From Takakia lepidozioides (taxonomy: Eukaryota; Plantae; Bryophyta), in contig CM060731.1 of the NCBI GenBank assembly GCA_030704615.1, forward strand, positions 20,274,001 to 20,338,000: 64,000 bases of DNA, given 5' to 3'. Numbering within the stretch: position 1 is the first letter of the stretch; every line of letters starts with the position of its first letter. Under the pieces are notes generated by a model. The model was not told where the DNA came from. It ran no database searches and saw only the letters and a program-made list of their open reading frames with translations. Shown piece by piece: positions 22,521 through 33,877 of the stretch. The translations under genes were made by a program, and so were the position numbers.

Positions 22521-25500
22521 ATGATACAAGGTCGAGCACAATCTTGTGATGGTTGTAATGTTGATCTACAAGGTGGAGCTCCAGTTCGGGAGTTCAACAG
22601 GTATTGTTTTATGTTGATTTAAGAGTTTCTACTAATTAGATAGAATTGGTACGGTTCATTCCAAAGTAAATGACTGCAGTTTGTTCTGTAACCCTGTGAA
22701 TACGTAGCAAGAAGCCCTTTCTCATGAAGGTGTTGTTCTTTGACCTATACATAGGAGCTTAGTGTGGGAGTTTTAGTGTAAATGTTTGTATCTAAGAGTT
22801 TCAAGTCATGCAGGATAGGAGGGTTGAATCAGGCACAGACTTTTAGTGGACATCAGACTAGCAGCAGGGGGAGCACATTTGGCATCACCACTACTGAAAG
22901 AGGACCAAGAGATGGAGTCAGTCAGACCTCTTCTGGCACTTGTGGAGATGTAAGGGCACTGTGTAAGGTAGGACAACTGAAAGAAGCGCTGCACATTTTG
23001 AATGGAGTGGTCATTCAGGCCGATTCCAAAACTTATATCTGTGCCTTGCAGAAGTGCACAAACATGAAGGCCCTAGCCGAGGGAAGGCAGGTGCATGCCC
23101 ACATCATCCAAAGTGGATTCAGACCAAATATCTCTCTTCTGAATGCCCTTGTCAACATGTATGCGAAATGTGGGAATGTGGTGGATGCTCGCCAAGTGTT
23201 TGACAAAATGCCTGAACGAGATATTTCTACATGGAATACGATGATAGCAGGATACGCCAAGCATGGCTGCGGAACGGAGGCTTTCAACATTTATGAGCAA
23301 ATGCAACAGGAAGGAGTGATGCCCAATAGGGTCACTTTCATTTGCATTCTTAACGCATGTGCCAGCCTAGGAGCCATTGAAAAGGGTAAAGAGGTCCATG
23401 CTGACATCAGCAAAGGTGGTATTGTGCCAGATATCATTCTGGAGACTGCCCTTGCTGACATGTATTCCAAATGTGGGAATATAAAGGATGCACGTCAAGT
23501 GTTCGACTCTATGTCTATCCGAAATGTGGTCTCATGGAGTGCAATGATTGCAGCATATGCTCACCATGGTTGTGGTAGGGAGGCTTTCGAGATCTATGAG
23601 CAAATGATACAGAAAGGGGTCACGCCCAACAGAGTCACTTTCATTTCCATCCTGAAAGCGTGCACCAGCCTAGGAGCTCTGGAAAAGGGCAAAGAGGTCC
23701 ATGCTGCTATCAGCAAAAGTGGAATTGCTCCAGATATTGTTCTGGAGAATACCCTTGTTGACATGTATGCCAAATGTGGGAGCATGAAGGATGCCCGCCA
23801 AGTGTTCAACAAAATGGCTAAACAAGATGTGGTCTCCTGGAACACCATGATCACAGGATATGCTCAACATGGGTGTGGTAGGGAGGCTTTTGAGATCTAT
23901 GAGCAAATGATACGGGAAGGGGTGACACCCAACAAAGTCACATTCATTTGTGTTCTCACTGCTTGTGCCAGCCTTGGAATCCTGGAGAAGGGCAAACAAA
24001 TCCATTCCAACCTTATCAAAGCTGGGATTAAGCCAGATATTACTCTGGAGACTGCCCTTGCTGATATGTACGCAAAATGTGGGAGTTTGAAGGATGCACG
24101 GCGAGTGTTCGACAATATGGCTGTACATAATGTGGTCTCGTGGAACTCTATGATCGCAGGGTATGCTCAGCATGGATTTGCTAGGGAGGCTTTGGAAATC
24201 TATGAACAAATGACGCAAAGTGGAGTGATGCCTGATTGTGTCACTTTCATTTGTGTTCTCAATGCATGTGCCAGCCTGGAAGAAGGCATTAAGGTCCATG
24301 CTGACATCATCAAAGCTGGAATCGCACCATACGTTAATTTGCAGAATACCCTTGTCCACATGTATGCAAGATGTGGGAGCATGGAGGATGCACGTCAAGT
24401 GTTCTACGATATGGCTGAACGGGATGTGATATCATGGAGTGCGATGATTGGAGGGTATGCTCAGCATGGCTGTGGTGTGGAGGCTTTCACAATGTATCAG
24501 CAAATGATACAGGAGCGAGTGACACCTGACAAAGTCACATTCATTGGTGTCCTTAGGGGGTGTGGGAGCCTTGCAGCCTTGGAAAAGGGCAAAGAGGTAC
24601 ATGCCGACATCATTAAAGCTGGAATATTGCCAGATATCTTTCTGGAGACTGCCCTTATTGACATGTATACAAAATGTGGGAGCATGAAGGATGCGCATCA
24701 AGTGTTTGACAATATGGCTGAAAGAAATGTGGTTTCATGGAGTGCAATGATTACAGGATATGCTCAGCATGGTTGTGGTAGGGAGGCACTGGAACTGTTT
24801 AAGCAAATGCAACAGGAAGGTGTAAAGCCAGACAGTATCACCTTTACATGTGTTCTTTCAGCATGTAGCCACGTTGGCCTAGTCGATGAAGGCCGTCTCC
24901 ACTTCCATTCCATGAGTCGAGATTATGGTGTTACTCCTGCAATAGAGCATTTTGGTTGCATGGTTGACCTTCTTGGCCGTGCAGGGCGATTAGAGGAGGC
25001 AGAGGACTTCATTAACAAAATGCCAATCAAACCAGGTGCTACGGTGTGGATGGCCTTACTTGGTGCCTGCAGAATACATGGCAATGTGAAGGTAGCAGAA
25101 CGTGTGGCAAATAGCATTCTCAAGAATGATCCACAAAATGCTGCAGCTTATGTGCTGCTATCAAACATCTATGCTGCGGCTGCCAGGTGGGATGATAAAG
25201 CAAAGGTGAGAAAGATGATGGAGGATAGAGGTGTCAGAAAGGAGACAGGGTGCAGCTCCATTGAGGTGGACAACTGTGTGCATAAATTTCGTCTAGAAGA
25301 CAAAATGCATCCTCAACTTGAGGAAATCCATGCCGAGCTGAAGAAACTGTCTGGGATGATGAAGGATGCCGGGTATGTGCCTGACACCCGCTTTGTGTTG
25401 CGTGATATGGAGGAAGAGGAAAAGGAATTATCACTTCTCCACCACAGTGAGAAGCTGGCCATTGCTTTTGGGCTCATCAGCATGCCCCCTGAAATGCCTA

Positions 25501-25652
25501 TTCGTGTCATCAATAACCTTCGGGTCTGTGGTGACTGCCACACCGCCACCAAGTTCATCTCGAAGATTTTTGGCCGATCAGTTGTAATAAGAGATGCCAA
25601 CCGATTTCACCACTTCCAAGATGGGGTTTGTTCTTGTGGGGATTTCTGGTGA
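22521..25652 (+). CDS. PPR1: PLS-class PPR-E-DYW protein (C-to-U RNA editing factor), ends DFW
   Basis: ORF 22782-25652 has 20 PPR motifs, E domains, [21 protein letters not shown] and [15 protein letters not shown] probable small first exon 22521-22600 (gccgccATG, phase-2 GT) splices in frame to an acceptor at ~22813. Confidence 0.95.
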
Positions 25653-26425
25653 AAGAAGCGTGGAGTGCCATTTTAAAGATGGGGCCAGAAAAGGTCATAA
25701 TCTGTTATTATAACCAAGAGCAAGAAGTATTCCTTCCTCCTCAAACTTTCCAAGTTCTGCTCTTGTGAGCTGCCTATGGTGGTAATCACAATCCAAGTAT
25801 GACTATCAAATGCCAAGTGGAAGTCCCAGAAGACCTTATTGTCAGAGTTGTACAAAATACAAGGGAGTATTTGGCATGCAGAGAATCCTGAAGTCATGGG
25901 GGTTCAAAGGTTTGCACCTCGGGATCCCTAAAAGATGGAGGAAGCCCGGAGTACTCTGTGGGAGATTTTCTTTGGAGTAACTGGGTAACATCCAATGTCT
26001 CAAGTATGCTGTTAGACCTATTTCTCCTACTGGCCACAGATCAGCTGGAGACAATGGTTTTTCTTCCCTGCTCTTTCGACAAACACCAATAGACTGATGG
26101 TGGAAGGGAGTAGCCTTTGGTTACAGACTGGGCTCTGTATACAAGAGCGATGGACATCATAGAAAGGATGAAATCGAGATTGGCATGGGAAGAGAGAATC
26201 TCTGTACTCAATTCTTTTTAGATTCATGCGAGTCTAGGCTTCCCAAATCCTGATAAATGAATCTCAATGATAATTGAATCACAACTGCCTAACGAAGCTT
26301 GCTCCGTTACAAACCCTAAATAGGTAGACATCTCCCCGCATCCACCCCTTACATGTATTACAATCCATAAGTGAGTCCAGCTCATTTTAATTCGATTCTA
26401 CTGGCAGTGTTATGCATGACCTGAA

Positions 26426-29400
26426 TTATAGGTCAGCCATGCTAAAATTCCACTTGACATATGCTTGACCCTTGGTGCCTTGGGGCAGCCGAAACTCATC
26501 TGAAATGCACAGCGAGAGCCCTTCAGTGTACTTTAACAACTCCGGTGCGTTGCGTGACAACCTCATGAATGCTGACATCTGCTGATCACTGCTGATTTTG
26601 GGATCCAGCGTCAAATGCCTGAGCCGCAGCTTTTTCCTCACGTGAATCTTCAAGTCTTCAATCTTCTTCTCCAAGCTTTTGTGCCTGCGTCGGTGTGTGA
26701 GAGCTTTATCCCCATGCTGCTCGATGAAGCGGTAGACCCCCCAAAACTCCTCTGACACAGGGATCACCACTGCACCCACAGTTTCATCCACAAAGCACCT
26801 GGAGCTCTGGCTTCCATCTCTCTGTTGATCCCCTGAATCCTGAGTAGACCCTGCACAAAGCAATGTTGTATACTGTCTTTAATTCACCACCAAATCCCAC
26901 TACTGAAGTACCTCCACCCAAACTGGGCGCGGGGTGTATGGCCTCAAGGCTACGGCAAACAGAATCTTATGAGTACATGCTTTACTTCACCAACAGCCTT
27001 CTATGTGAATGATATATGTGGTGCAATTTTCCTCATCAGTTTCATATTTATGTAACTATAGTCAAGGGCTGCAATGAGTTGGTTACATCATCTTTGGTCC
27101 CTAGATGCAGTAATTAATGCACTAACCATCCTCACAAGACATGGCTACCCTCTCAGTCCAACCATTTCATGTCATGGAATGACTTGACTTGGTAATAGCC
27201 TACTGGTAATGTAATCCTAGCAACTAACTATTCCATCAGTCTCAAAAGAAGGCTCCTAGCTAAGGTTGTTCGCATTGACAACAGATACACCGGATGTGCA
27301 CTTACAGCTCAATAGCTATGCTTCCAACAGAACCAGCTGTACAACGACTGGTAGGTCATGGCACAAAAAAAATGCTGCCTACCCATAGCAAAGAAACTAA
27401 TAGGAACAACTAGCAGGGTGAAGCAGGACACAGAAGATATAAGATGAGGCAAAAGAAGACTGGACAGAGCAGGAGAAATAATACCAGTTAATCGAACTGG
27501 AAGCTCAATAAACTTTCCTGCACCTACAGGGCCATGCTTGGCAGCACCTTCAGCCATCTGGGTAAGGAAAAGGGAGTAGGCAGGGCGGATAGCCAGCGTT
27601 GCATGCGTAAAGACCATTTCTACCTCCATGACTGCAGCTACTTGTAGCTCCTTCAAGTGTCGCTCTTTCGCAGCGAGTTTGCATTCCAGTGCTGCCGGCA
27701 GGTCTGCCTGGCATTCCAATCAATCATCGTCAGACCTTTCTTTTGCCCATGGACTTTGTGCTTGTCTTTTAAAGACTGATTGGTGACTAACTGTAGGACA
27801 ACCTGTGCACAGCTCAGTTCCATAGCAGACAAAAATCATAGCACAACTTTGGTCTTGCTACCTTTTTTAACCTCTCTGATAAACATTTATTTCCTCTCCA
27901 ACTACCTTGCAGAGCACTATATGTCGGGCAGGATTCTGGCAGCTAGCTGTGGCACATGGTGTAAAGTTCCAGCAACAAAGCTATATCTCAAATGAGACCA
28001 TACCTGACATAAAAATTGGGTCCACGCCTCGGCACCATCACTATGGACAAGCCAAATATTTCCAAGTGCGTCAACCCCATAGGAATCCCCTAGCATCACT
28101 GAGAATCCCGCCAACAAATTCCCTCCAATTCTATCTACCACTTTTGCCAGTTTCTCCAAAGCCTCCATGTGTAGCGCAATGGGAGCATCTGCTAATGGTG
28201 GCCGAAATGACACTGTTATGCCACTTCTCATCCTCATTGCATTCCTCACCATAATAATCTACATCAAGCACCAATCGAGGGATTGTTAGCTGTATTTGGA
28301 TTCACATAAGGAATTGGCATTCTACTGATTTTCTAGACTGCCCTCACAGGTTTTATGTTGAACACAGGGAGAAAGGACCTTATCAGGAGAGAACGAAGGA
28401 GGCTGAGAAACTTTATAATGTTCACAAGAGTAAAGCATTATTTTTGGGCATGCATTTGGAATGGAGCTGCAGTACCTACCATCTCCATAAATATTCCATG
28501 TAGTGATCCTGTGATAAATGTTGCAACTATGTACTTGCATAAGTGTATTCAACGACACAAAAGACAGTTGGCTGCCCATCAAGACTTCAAAAGAGCACTG
28601 CAAGCCATGTTGCAACCAGTGGTCAAAAGGCACAATCTTTTTGTGCGCAGTTCATGAAAGGCTCTGTGGAAGCCTCTACAGATAACAGAAACTTGAGCTC
28701 ATCTGCCCCACAATGAGTGTATCACAAAAAGGATAATCGTAAACACAGCCCACCAGCTACCTGCTGTTCAAGATTCAGAACTGAAGCCTCATTCTGTCTC
28801 TGCAACTCCGAAGCCTGCTGGAAGAAGTCTGACAGGCTCAACCAGTCACTGCCAGCCAGACCCCCAGACAATTCAGCTGACAAGCCGCATGCTGCAAACA
28901 ACCGGCCAATGGCATTTCTCGTAGCTGGCAATATCTCAGTCCCTCTGTGGGGATGATACTTAACCTGGGGAGCGGGGAGCGAGACTTCAACTTTCTCAAG
29001 TGGGCCATCGTCAGTAACAGCCCGCCGTATGTAAAACTCGAAGTTGTACACAAATCGATGTGAGCTGCCGCCTTCCTTAGCAGCATTCAAATACTCCTGT
29101 AGCAACTGGAACGAGCGCTGGTTTGTCGCCTGCAACAACAAGAGCTTTATTCCCATTTGCTCACAGGATGGATTGTTGATCTTCAACATGAACATGCACG
29201 TCCTTATATAGGTAGTCAGACCCTATTAACAAGAAGCAATAAGAGCAAAGATTGATAATCTTGCAAAATAAGAAATGAGTCCCTACTGAGACAAACAGAC
29301 CACTGAGAAATCCTTACATCTACATATGGCCAAATGAGGGATAATTCACACTGGCACTTGAGTAGTCCAGTGACTGGCATCCTACAACTATCAGTAGGCC

Positions 29401-30328
29401 ATGGGCTAATATCCCTCCACCCTCACTTGAGGTGTATTTGTTGCTCTACTTGTCTCTGATTCACCCGTGGTACTTGTTTTCAGAGACAAGAAAAAGAATC
29501 GTCATAAGCCAGATTTAAAATATCCATAAAGTTTAGATGAAATGTAATCCGCCTCTATTTGCCTCAGTGAGCAGCTCTCAACACCAAAAGCTGAACATTT
29601 TATTTTTTCAGTAAGCAAATCTGTATGCTTGCCACACATGATTGTTTGATAAAGCACATGGTGGAATATATATGCCTTCGAAGAAAGAAAGCTCCAAAAA
29701 TTGGTGGGAACTGAAGCCATGCCAAGGGAGATGGGGAGACATGCGTTCACTAGCATTCCTGGAGAACCTTGACTTGGATGCTATCTTGGGGGAATCATCC
29801 ATATGGGTTTAGAAGCCAACATGGTCAGACACTTTGCCCACTTTAGCACAATTCACCAAACATAGTCTGATTTCCAGAATTGCTTGCCTGCTAGTATAAG
29901 AACTGAAATTGCCATCATACTAGAACAAATGAAGACAATCCATTGTCATTATCAAGTTAAGCACTGGACTTCACACGTAATAAGAGACCATCTTGATTGA
30001 AGCACAGTGCTCTGCCTTTGAAATGATGTTACACATGTGGCTGTGATTCAACCCCAACCCTACGGTGGACAGCATGTATTCCTAGATGCGGTTTGCCATA
30101 GCCATGTGGCCATGTACACAAATTGAGAGAGATTACCTGGTGGGTAGGCAAATTCTGTAAAAGGTCAGGATGAATGAGCTTGTAAAGGCGGCGGAGCTCC
30201 GACTTCAGAGTGGGTGAGGTCTGTGCACCATCATTGTGTGCCCATCGGAGTGGTTGTAACCATGGCCATCGGTCATGCCGGACACACCCTATGGCAATGC
30301 ACCGAGATATGTGCCGCCATGCCCGCAT
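26426..30328 (-). CDS. TCAIM: TCAIM-like (DUF4460/DUF4461) protein with J-like HPD motif, probably mitochondrial; 5 coding exons
   Basis: Exons 30328-30137, 29129-28761, 28258-28004, 27707-27485, 26850-26426 (GT-AG, in phase). LRRLYKLIHPDLL..ATNQRSFQLLQEYL. C-terminus LCISDEF..VKWNF. Arg-rich N-terminal presequence. Confidence 0.8.
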
Positions 30329-30771
30329 CTATCATCCACGCGTTTTGTGTGACTGATAAGAACCTGTTAGGAAATAGTCATCTTAGCTTGACTTCATGTA
30401 CTTCCTGCTGAACTTGTTGATACTGTCCATGCTAGTGCTGGATGTTGTATTTCACCGAGTACCAATGTCAGAAAATGCTGTGCGGTCTCCAGTTGCATTA
30501 TGTGTGTATTTATGTCCCACAACAGATATCCAGGTGAAGTCACCATGTGCCAGGTGAGAATAAGATTTCAAACTGATTCTCCAATACATCCCTCTGATGC
30601 AGCTGTGTCAAGATACCAAGAACAATCATCCCAGGTGGAAGATTCAACAAATAATTGTGTCACTTCAAAGAAGTGACTGCGAGCAGGATTGCTTAGTTGC
30701 AACATTGTTAACCAGTGACATCTGCTGCTGGTAAGTACCAACATTCTGCTATCACAAACCTTAATAAAGGC

Positions 30772-31660
30772 CTGCTAAGGGGATCCCATAAGATAATTAT
30801 CCCTGGCAAGCATCCAATCTATCCCTCCCTCTATCTGCCATACTCTAACACTAGATTTGTAAATCACTAGACTTAGAGCATGCTCTATTCGTTCTGGAAA
30901 AAATGGGCTTAGGATCTTCCTTCTGGCACATGCTAAGGCAAACTTGCTCCAAAAGCTTCAGGTTGACTCTGGTTGAGATGTACACTGGCAGAATACAGCT
31001 CAACATTTGATCTGGATCAAGTAACGCACACTTTCCCAAAATTCCAGCTTTTTCCCCAACATTCCAAAACCTGGAACGTTTGAATTGTCTGATAAACTGG
31101 TGAGTGCCACGGAGCACCCCGAGACTGGAGCAAAACTATCGTATGCTGGCAACCGCCGCATCAGCACATACCTCTCTACAAAACGCAACCATTCACCCTT
31201 TCTCCTGCTTGTATGTAACAGGGCCAGCTCCTAAACACATGTTCGCATACTAAAACATCACAGAAAATCAAAACCCAAGAGATTACCTCTGAGATGCGTG
31301 AACGGAGTGACCTCGAATTCCAACCTGAATCCAAATACAACATGCAATTACTGCTTACATTGAGTTGCACCTTGCCAACAGCGTGCATCCCCGCATCAAT
31401 CAGAGATACTGTGAGTACGGCGATATTCTACTACCATCGGTTGCATAATTGCACTCTTCTGACAGAAATTTCCCGTGGAAGAAACAAGAGAATCTGTAAC
31501 ATAAACCCTGGTGTGCAGGGTAGAGCCCGCTCTGTATCCAACGGATACTGTTTTGGACCAGAGGTGCTCTTGTGTTTGTCCAAAGGGCAGAGGGGAAAAA
31601 CCATCGGTCTACAGGAAACGTTGAGACCGCCGGACGAAAGATCCGGCTACTGGTTCGCAA
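30772..31660 (-). repeat. Copy B of the inverted segmental duplication (upstream region of the TCAIM-like gene)
   Basis: Reverse complement of 21380-22150, with indels. Confidence 0.92.
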
Positions 31661-32083
31661 CAACGGTGATCAATAAGTCTTTTGTTTTTTTTTAATTTTT
31701 TGCCCTGCCCTAGGAACTTTTCGCCATTCAACATTTGGTAGATGATGGATGATATGATGATGGATGTAATGTTAACTGGAATTATCCGTCGAAGAGTGCC
31801 TGGGGATTGCGAATATTTTGCATCTCCAATTTTCTTTGCCAGACATCTACCGGATGTACAGAACACTGACATTTCCAATTGATAATCCAACATAAAGGTC
31901 GCCACGACCAGTCTCGATGAAAAATTCTTTTCGAATTGGAAGCAAAGGACCTTTGTACAAAGCTGCCTTAGTCAAGGTTTCGCCGCTGGCGGCTGGAGGG
32001 GAGGAGCTCGAAGTGTATTGGCGCCACCGACGTAGTTTCAAGAAGGGCAAATGGAGCGAGGAGAGCTGTATCTTCAATTAGTA

Positions 32084-32908
32084 CTATGGTAGCCTGTGCC
32101 GTTGGCCCAAGTGTCCAGGGTCATCTAAGTCCAAGTGCAATCCCCTGTGTATCTAGAGACCTTCATGTTTAGGAGATCTACATATAGGGTAGCCTGTTGC
32201 GCAATTGGCCCATGTGTAAAGAATTGAAATCTAAGCCCAAGTGCAATCCCCTATATATCCGTCTTCTATGTCAAGGCCCATGTGTAAAGAATTGAAATCT
32301 AAGCCCAAGTACAGTCTCCTATGTATCCAAGTGTTTGTCAAGGCCCATGTGTAAAGAATTGAAATCTAAGCCCAAGTACAATCTCCTATGTATCCAAGTG
32401 TTTCTCCCGTGTAGAGGCCCAAGTGCAATCCCCCATGCATCAAGAGACCCTACAATTTGGGAGATCTCCTTATTTTGCTATTTTTTCAATCTCCCCTATC
32501 AAGGTTTCATATATTAAAATATCCACTTTGGTATTTTTCGCGAATTTCCAGCAACCAAAAATACTTGAAATTCTAAATATCCCACGGCCAATCACTACTC
32601 CAGGAAAGCTCACTTTGCTATTCCCGAATTGCCAAGGGCCCAAAGTACTTGAAATTCCACATCTCCCACACCGCAGGTCCAAAAATCATGAGACCAAGCC
32701 CGTGCACCCCTCCTCGTCGAGGGCCCAAAGTACTTGAAATTCTACGTCTCCCACACCGCAGGTCCAAAAATCATGAGACCAAGCCTGTGCACCCTCCTCG
32801 TCGAGGGCTTTCCAACGGTACCAAGCACCAGAGCTGGGGCCGCGGTTGGGGACATCTCAACCTGACAAAACAAACAAACAAACAAACTGGCTTCCTTCAT
32901 ATATTTGA
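32084..32908 (-). mobile_element. Non-autonomous Helitron-like element with internal tandem repeats
   Basis: On - it starts a|TCaaatatatgaagg followed by (gttt)n and ends ...ggcacaggctaccatag|t. Contains 3 x ggcccatgtgtaaagaattgaaatctaagcccaagt and 2 x ~80-bp units. Confidence 0.55.
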
Positions 32909-33464
32909 TCTTGAATTAGCCTAGATGGTGAAGGTGTGGATGGCTGACGGAAGAGAGTTCGCATGCGGCCATGCGAATTGAGCAATGAGATGCCACGGCA
33001 CCTGGACACCTGAGGCTTGCCACTCGTCGCTGCGTCAAAGCCTCAACGTTATGTATCCTACGATGGACTGCAATTTCATCACTTCACACTTGAAATAACC
33101 CGAGAAAAGGTAATTTCAATGGGCCTCGGCCTGCCGTCCAAAGGTGCAAGAGGCATTAAAGGTCGCGAGAGACTGCAGTCGCGCGCCAGTGCTTGTCGCC
33201 CAGACATGCGATCCGAGGGCGATCTCGATGTTTGTAGTTCTACACCGTTTTGAAACTTGAAGAAAATGACCGTATAGGGCGAGCCGCATGCGGTGTTACA
33301 CGTCCTTGAAGGCTCCCAGAACAGGTGGGGAACGACCGACTGTGACAAGGCCTCGAACTCACGGAATCTTCAACAGTTCAACTTTCATAATAAGAATTCT
33401 TGTGTGCTCACTGCTGTTTTGTACATGTAATAATCGAGTATCTCTGAGAAGTCTTTGGTAGCTT

Positions 33465-33612
33465 GCTCCCTATATGACGCGTAGGAGCTCGTGATTTGAA
33501 TTCCGGTTATCTTCGCTCCTATATGAGGCGTAGGAACTCGTGATTTGAGTTCCGGTTATCTTCGCTCCTATATGAGGCGTAGGAACTCGTGATTTGAGTT
33601 CCGGTTATCTTC
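33465..33612 (+). promoter_or_regulatory. Triplicated ~49-bp unit containing a TATA-like box upstream of HSP70
   Basis: gctcc(c)tatatga.gcgtagga.ctcgtgatttga.ttccggttatcttc x3. HSE-like gaa/ttc modules at ~33354-33400. Confidence 0.7.
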
Positions 33613-33877
33613 GCGCAGCACAGTGATCCGTGTCTGAGCTCTTCGGACGTGTTCCATTCTTACTTTCGTTGCCCAAGCACAGGTATATTGATGTGGTCTC
33701 GAGAGCGACCCCGAACAGCACAGCTACAGAATAGACAGCCTCTCTTGGGTCTGTGAGGGGTCTGTCTGTCCAGAGTGATGTGATTGCTGTTAAGATCTTG
33801 GTGAGCTGAGTAGGTGATCAACTAACTAGTTTTCTTCAAGGTTCGATGTGAGCTCGGGTACAACTGGAAGATTTGAG

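Noticed and set aside
23033-25600. Antisense and off-frame ORFs over the PPR genes (also 41335-43351)
   Set aside because: Shadow ORFs of repetitive PPR coding sequence.
25230-25652. Possible U-to-C (KP-type) DYW domains in either PPR
   Set aside because: Both have a PG-box-like region, HSEKLA and a D/E-F/Y-W end, consistent with ordinary C-to-U PG-type domains.
32200-32810. Regularly spaced repeats that could suggest a CRISPR-like array
   Set aside because: The units are simple tandem duplications with related intervening sequence, in a eukaryotic TE, with no cas genes.
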